Shown here: one piece after another, positions 59,401 through 64,000 of the stretch | Layout: each line of letters starts with the position of its first letter | Position numbering within the stretch: the stretch's first letter is position 1 | Source of the DNA: Candidatus Cloacimonadales bacterium | GTDB taxonomy: Bacteria; Cloacimonadota; Cloacimonadia; Cloacimonadales; JAIOQZ01 | Reading direction: 5' to 3' | DNA length: 64,000 nucleotides | NCBI GenBank assembly: GCA_963665815.1 | Contig: OY762463.1 | Coordinates: forward strand, 1,760,001-1,824,000 | Notes under the pieces: generated by a model | Database searches by the model: none | Seen by the model: the letters and a program-made list of their open reading frames with translations, nothing else | Told to the model about the DNA's origin: nothing | Program-made: the position numbers and the translations under genes

Positions 59401-62400
59401 TTTTCGAACAATATCTATTACATCACTTACATTATCATCTTTATGCACAGGAATTCTGTATAGCTGATTATCCATGAATGAGCCGATAACACCGTCATAA
59501 TCCGGATCCAGCCTGTTTGCCGCCGGTGAACCTATCAGAATATCTTCCTGAGCCGTGTATTTATAAAGCAGTAACCTGAATGCTGATAACAGCAGCATAA
59601 ATTTACTGGCACTTTTTTCTCTTGCCAACCTACTCAACTTACTGCAAAGATCTTTATTTACAGTGAAATAAATATTAGATCCATTTGTTGTCTGAACAGC
59701 AGGTCTTTCCTTCTGGGTCGGTAAATCAATTGGTTCAGGCAAAGGATTTAGTTTACCGGTCCAGTATTTCTCAAGCATTGCCTGCCTTTGCCTGTCAACA
59801 GGCTTATTAACAAAGTCTGCAAAAGTCCTGTCGGATTCAATCAGTTTCACAGATTTATTACTGATAAAAGATGTATAAATTGCAGTCAGTTCATTTATAA
59901 GAATACTTACTGACCAGCCATCCAGTACAATGTGATGGAAACAAATAATCATTCTATGATCATACTGAGATTTTCTCCAAACTTTAATCTTGAATAAAGG
60001 TCCTTCAGACAGATTAAATGAATGCCTTGTTACTTCTCTGTAAGCATCATCAAATTCTTTATCACTCCAGTTTTCTTTAGATACATCTATTACTTCAACA
60101 TCAACTTTATTGTAATCCATCGGCTTCTGAACAGGCAGACCGTTCCTTTCAAAGAATACACTTCTAAGAGCTTCATGTCTCTGCATCAGTTTGATAAGGC
60201 TTTTATTCATGACATAATCATCAAACAAGCCTTTTATTTCAAACAGAACAGGTATGTTATAAGCAACGTTATTTTTGTCCATTTTCCACAGGAACCACAA
60301 ACCTTCCTGCTGTATTGTAAGGAGATATTCTTTCCCGGAAGTTGACGTTGCAGATGTTTTCCCGAGTGTTTCAGCTTTGAATTCAGAATGGCTTATCTCA
60401 AGCAAAATATCGTCTATGGTTGAGTTATTCAGAAAATCATGCAGTGATAGCTTTGCATTGAATTTTTTCTCCACTCGGGCAATAAACTGCATTGCAGTAA
60501 GTGAATTCCCACCATTCTCAAAGAAATCATGCCTATCATCAATGTCTGTTTTTAAAACATCTTCCATTACATGAATAATATCAGCTCTGACATCAGTCTG
60601 CTCTAATGTTCCATCATCTCGTACAATGTTTCCCGTAACAAGTTCTATCAGATCCTTGAGGCTACTCTTATTCATAAAATCATGAATGGAAAGGTTTACA
60701 TTGAACTCTTTCTCAATGCGTGATATCAACTGCATTGCTGTAAGGGAATGTCCACCGTTCTCAAAGAAATCTGAATCAGGACTGTCATCATCTGATTTCA
60801 GTATTTCCTTCCATATTTTCACTACTCCCGCAATAGAACCATTGTCTGTTTTCTTCTCGGTTATTTCATCAGGTAGAATTCCTTTAAGACATTCGAGCGT
60901 ATCTCTGATTGATGTATGCTCCATAAAATCTGAGATTGATATGGCTACATTGAACTCTTTGTCAATTCGACTTATCATCTGCATTGCTGTTAGAGAATGA
61001 CCACCTGACTCAAAGAAACTTGAGTCTAAATCTATATTATCATTTTTTAAAACATCTCTAACAATCTGAAGAAGTCTCTGCCCAATCATTCCCGTTTTAT
61101 GAGAAATCTTCTTCTTCTCTGTTTTCCATACAGGTTCAGGCAAAACCTTTCTGTTTATCTTTCCCGAAGTATTGTACTCAAACTTATCCACGATCATTAT
61201 CAATGCAGGAACCATATATGAAGGAAGAGTATCTTTCATGAATGCCTTAAGACTGTCCGTGTTCAAAAAAACATTATCTTCCGGAAGTACATAAGCTATA
61301 AGCTGCTTCATCCCGGTTCTGTCTTCAACTGCAACTACAATGCATTCTGAGACTCCGTCATAATCTCTGCATAATCTTTCTATTTCACCCGGTTCAATTC
61401 TATGACCGCGTATTTTAACCTGAAAATCTATTCTTCCGGCTATCTCTAACAAATTGTTCTCGTTAATCCTGACCAGATCACCGGTTCTGTATATCAGCCC
61501 TTTTCCTGTAACCGGATTCTTAACAAAGCTTTTTGCAGTTTTCTCCGGATCGTTCAAATAACCTTTTGCTAATCCTGCACCACCAATGCACAATTCTCCC
61601 GATACACCTTTTGGAACAGGCCTCATGTTTCTGTCGAGAACGTAAATTTGAGTATTAGCAATAGGTCTGCCGATAGGAAAATCATTATCCTCATCTCCGG
61701 GTTCATACCAGGTAGAAATAATCGTTGTCTCAGTAGGACCATAAGTGTTCAGCAATCTGATTCTACCCTGAGTTTTTTCTTTCCAGATATTATATATTGT
61801 TAGATCAGCCTTTTCTCCACCTATAATCACTAATCTGACACAATCAGGAATTACATATTCATCAAGATGCTTTACCAGCTCATGCCAGTATGCCGTAGCC
61901 AGATTCAAAACTGTAATCTGTTCGGATTCCACATATCTCAGAAATCCGGGAATTGATGAAAAAGCTTCTTCAGTTCGTGGTATCAGTGTTGCTCCAGTTA
62001 GAAATGTAGGAAATATTTCTTCGACTGACAGATCAAAACTTATTGATCCAAACTGTAGATTTCTGTCTTTTTCTGTAAGCTCATAATCGTCGATCACTGC
62101 CAGATTATGGTTCAGCATTCCCCTGTTAAGCACTTGCACACCTTTGGGTTTACCGGTAGAACCGCTTGTATAGATCAAATACGCGACATCTTCCCCACCG
62201 GCAATAGTTTTAACTTCTGGTAGTTTTGCTTTCAGAACTTCAGCGAGCTGCACATTATAAACAACCTGTTTTATATCAAATCCTCTGATTCTGGTATAGT
62301 TTTCACTATCTGTGACGATAAGTTTTGCCCCGGAATCATTCAACATATATTCAATTCTATCATCAGGATAAGCTGCATCAAGCGGCATATATGCTGCCCC

Positions 62401-64000
62401 AGCTCGCAAAATACTAAGCAATGCCACATATAATTCGGGGCTTCTATCCATTACTACGGCGACAATATCACCTTTTCCTGTTCCATTGGCAGCAAAATAT
62501 CGGCTCCACTTGTCTGTAAGAGTCTTCAGTTCTGCATATGTAATTGTAATATCATTCATTTTTATAGCGATGTTATCAGAGAACATCCTGCAACGTTCTG
62601 TGAAAATCTCGCCATAAGATTTATTCAGAGGAAAATCTTTTTCTGTATTATTAAAGTCATCGATGGTTTCTTTATATTCAGATTCATTCAGTACTGATAC
62701 TTCATGAATTGGTGTTTTATCTGCATTTAAAACCTGATCAAAAACATCGGCAAAGCTGTCTGCCATGGATTCTATCAGAGAATCTGACAGGATATCGGTA
62801 TTGTATTCAATCCAGCACTCATAATTACCATCAATATCATCTACAGTCAAAGTGAAATCAAGCTTTGATGTATTGTTTCCAATCTCCTTCATTGTAATCT
62901 CAAGATTATGGAATTTCATTTCCGGTAGTGGAAAATTCTGAAATACGAACATTGCCTGAAATAATGGATGACGAGAACGATCCGGCTTATAGCCCAGATC
63001 TTTTATAAGCTCATCAAAGGGATATTCTGAGTTGGAGAAAGCTGAAATGACATTTGCATATACTTTTTTTGCAAAGTCCCCGAATGAAATATTCTCCGCA
63101 AGATTACTGCGTATTGGCAGCAGGTTTGTAAATATACCAAATATATTCTGTTTATCCGGGTGGTTCCTACCTGCGTATGGAGACCCTACAACAACATCAT
63201 CTGATGCGCCATATACTGAAAGTATAATATTCAGAGCAGACAGAAATACGGAGTATTCACTGATATGGTTAGATTCGGCATATTCTCTTATTTTGTTGGA
63301 TATGCGAGTATTAAGATGCCACCAGTATCTTTTACCGGAATCAGTCTGAACAGGCGGCCTTCTCTTTTTTAAAGGAAGCTCCAGGCTTTCTGGGAAAGGC
63401 AGAAGTTTTTCCTGCCAATAGTTGAGCTGCTTCTCGTACTTTTCTGCAGGAGTAGTCTTTTTCGACCATTCGGAGTAATCACCATAACTGACAGTTAATT
63501 CCGGTAATTCAACATCTCTCTGTTCTACAAGAGATGAATATATTTCCTTCCATTCTCTGAGGAACAGCCCCATAGACCAGCCATCTGTGATAATGTGATG
63601 TATTGTCAAAAAAAGTACAAACTTTTCAGCATCATATTTTACAAGCTTAGAATAAAACAGATTCCCTTTTTCCAGATCGAACACATACCTACCTGTCTCA
63701 ATCTCTATATCTTTCAGTTTGTTCATTCTGTTCTTATGGGAGGATATATCTGTGAAATCAATCTGTACTTCTTCGGGAGGATTTACTACTTGAAAGGGTA
63801 AATCTTTCATAGTTACAAAAGCTGTTCTCAATGATGCATGTCTTTCTGCAAGTTTAGTGAAAGTCTGTTGTAAAAAAGATCTGTCAATTTCTCCGCGAAT
63901 ATCTATTCTTAGAGGTATATTGTAGTCTATTCTGTCTTTGTCCAACATCCAGAAATACCATAGACCATGCTGAGAATAAGATAATGGGGATATATTCTGT
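56458..64000 (-). CDS. Non-ribosomal peptide synthetase, C-terminal part (C-A-T-T-T-C-A-T-TE); 5' end lies beyond the window
   Basis: C domains HHIITDGWS and HHIVLDGWS. A domains YTSGSTGKPKG and YTSGTTGKPKA. PCP motifs GGHSL, GGHSL, GGNSL and GGNSV. TE motif GWCFGG. The frame stays open to 64000 (QNISPLSYSQHGLWYFW). Confidence 0.95.
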   Translation of the reverse strand, partial: QNISPLSYSQHGLWYFWMLDKDRIDYNIPLRIDIRGEIDRSFLQQTFTKLAERHASLRTAFVTMKDLPFQVVNPPEEVQIDFTDISSHKNRMNKLKDIEIETGRYVFDLEKGNLFYSKLVKYDAEKFVLFLTIHHIITDGWSMGLFLREWKEIYSSLVEQRDVELPELTVSYGDYSEWSKKTTPAEKYEKQLNYWQEKLLPFPESLELPLKKRRPPVQTDSGKRYWWHLNTRISNKIREYAESNHISEYSVFLSALNIILSVYGASDDVVVGSPYAGRNHPDKQNIFGIFTNLLPIRSNLAENISFGDFAKKVYANVISAFSNSEYPFDELIKDLGYKPDRSRHPLFQAMFVFQNFPLPEMKFHNLEITMKEIGNNTSKLDFTLTVDDIDGNYECWIEYNTDILSDSLIESMADSFADVFDQVLNADKTPIHEVSVLNESEYKETIDDFNNTEKDFPLNKSYGEIFTERCRMFSDNIAIKMNDITITYAELKTLTDKWSRYFAANGTGKGDIVAVVMDRSPELYVALLSILRAGAAYMPLDAAYPDDRIEYMLNDSGAKLIVTDSENYTRIRGFDIKQVVYNVQLAEVLKAKLPEVKTIAGGEDVAYLIYTSGSTGKPKGVQVLNRGMLNHNLAVIDDYELTEKDRNLQFGSISFDLSVEEIFPTFLTGATLIPRTEEAFSSIPGFLRYVESEQITVLNLATAYWHELVKHLDEYVIPDCVRLVIIGGEKADLTIYNIWKEKTQGRIRLLNTYGPTETTIISTWYEPGDEDNDFPIGRPIANTQIYVLDRNMRPVPKGVSGELCIGGAGLAKGYLNDPEKTAKSFVKNPVTGKGLIYRTGDLVRINENNLLEIAGRIDFQVKIRGHRIEPGEIERLCRDYDGVSECIVVAVEDRTGMKQLIAYVLPEDNVFLNTDSLKAFMKDTLPSYMVPALIMIVDKFEYNTSGKINRKVLPEPVWKTEKKKISHKTGMIGQRLLQIVRDVLKNDNIDLDSSFFESGGHSLTAMQMISRIDKEFNVAISISDFMEHTSIRDTLECLKGILPDEITEKKTDNGSIAGVVKIWKEILKSDDDSPDSDFFENGGHSLTAMQLISRIEKEFNVNLSIHDFMNKSSLKDLIELVTGNIVRDDGTLEQTDVRADIIHVMEDVLKTDIDDRHDFFENGGNSLTAMQFIARVEKKFNAKLSLHDFLNNSTIDDILLEISHSEFKAETLGKTSATSTSGKEYLLTIQQEGLWFLWKMDKNNVAYNIPVLFEIKGLFDDYVMNKSLIKLMQRHEALRSVFFERNGLPVQKPMDYNKVDVEVIDVSKENWSDKEFDDAYREVTRHSFNLSEGPLFKIKVWRKSQYDHRMIICFHHIVLDGWSVSILINELTAIYTSFISNKSVKLIESDRTFADFVNKPVDRQRQAMLEKYWTGKLNPLPEPIDLPTQKERPAVQTTNGSNIYFTVNKDLCSKLSRLAREKSASKFMLLLSAFRLLLYKYTAQEDILIGSPAANRLDPDYDGVIGSFMDNQLYRIPVHKDDNVSDVIDIVRKETLDNLTHSGYPFKSIVDKMNPERDLSRHPLFQVMFVFQNLPSIDLDIPGLELKAKILANDTSKLDITMEIVEIEGSMHCRFEYNPDLFEAWFSEKTGEHYNAIISQMVSNSRTQIKNLGLLSDAEKELIDERNRKAEIKFPNTTIQNLIIDRIQDCQDRTAVKFGDTSITYGEFGELVQSYCNKVKHDADSRIIAVMMDRSVDLIALICAIQRVGAAYLYLDPEFPNDRLLFMAEDSAPEQIIIEKKYTQRIDFENARIWEDIKSEDIKEAENAADASKPDSIAYYIYTSGTTGKPKAVKVPHSAVTNFILSMQKEPGMTIGDKLLAVTPLSFDISVLEVFLPLVTGAELILASRDDVYDAGKLAEMIESEKITIMQATPSTWKMLRDIGWKGSETLKVLCGGEPVSYDLASGLLKMCGELWNMYGPTETTVWSVIHRILETDSRIYIGHAVVNTTLYVVDSELNPVPDGVKGELLIGGKGITAGYHNREDLTAQKFVDFTNPSGVSEIVYRTGDIVRFDVDGRLECFGRNDFQVKIRGHRIELGEIENELMKTGLFNDAVVHTFKDRNEMLQLCGYYIADKEISVKKIADSIANRLPDYMIPGVFLYMDEFPLTANGKIDRKKLPVPDATIKKNQDEIVKAGTPDQEVLCNIIGDVLGIDNVGINNNFFELGGNSVLSMLVINRLGQAGLSLKVQDLFRHKDLEELAGKLEQTIIQDGVFGDYSLVELQKGNSKKTPLYLVHPLPGDLLGYVNLIRHLPADLPIYGFQAPGLMNPDKALESVEETAAHYVRIIKERHPGGAVYIGGWCFGGTVAYEMMQQLRWKKVDVKHLFLFDTWAFRPVESLRKKYFKSKIKLLVELGLKETLRILKTKIRNRFGNHQNFGDEDTFFDQGMFANRSAVRKKNIAAVCRYNYRPCKGGVVLFKALQQPASFVDDPYMAWDIFVEKVQMFKINATHDTILKEPQVEQIAGYISDIID

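Noticed and set aside
96-63801. Numerous short antisense or alternative-frame ORFs in the ORF track (e.g. 629..1060, 6539..7093, 9609..10181, 24406..24909, 53468..54016)
   Set aside because: They are shadows of well-supported genes on the opposite strand or frame and carry no motifs.
63946-63948. ATG 63948 as the NRPS start
   Set aside because: The frame is open to the window end and encodes the condensation C1 motif (PLSYSQHGLW) upstream of this Met, so the gene is truncated by the window.
1-64000. CRISPR arrays, tRNA/rRNA genes, IS elements, prophage
   Set aside because: No regularly spaced repeats, cloverleaf or rRNA signatures, transposase, integrase or phage structural genes were recognised by eye.

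Overview
AT-rich chromosomal window from a diderm bacterium. TolC, Wza, OmpA, lipoproteins and TonB-receptor-type plug segments are present; the gene style suggests an FCB-superphylum or Cloacimonadota-like organism, which is inference only. Left part: truncated asnS, a Gfo/Idh/MocA oxidoreductase, an SppA with a beta-barrel-like N-terminus, and a TetR-TolC-MFP-RND efflux operon. Next comes an SPFH-SHOCT gene followed by six tandem, diverged double zinc-ribbon paralogues, then a membrane-anchored DUF4041/GIY-YIG nuclease (PD-Lambda-1/SNIPE-like). These are followed by a carboxyltransferase whose biotin-lysine motif reads EFMNM, a phnDCE-HAD operon and a gene frameshifted at a T8 tract. Middle: two divergent VIT-vWA-TPR-DUF2135 paralogues share a homologous leader with a sigma54-like GG-N10-GC motif. 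They flank genes for a beta-helix lipoprotein, an alkaline-phosphatase-family enzyme, an LruC lipoprotein and an EEP protein. Right: two convergent polysaccharide gene blocks. The minus-strand block (wzc-wza-wzy-GT8-GT4-PEGA/OmpA-wzx) is headed by an NRPS (C-A-T-T-T-C-A-T-TE with a Cys-type thioesterase) that runs off the window end. The best candidates for undescribed systems are this NRPS-coupled Wzy exopolysaccharide locus and the SPFH plus zinc-ribbon array. No rRNA, tRNA, CRISPR array or transposase was recognised. All family calls come from motif recognition by eye, without database searches.
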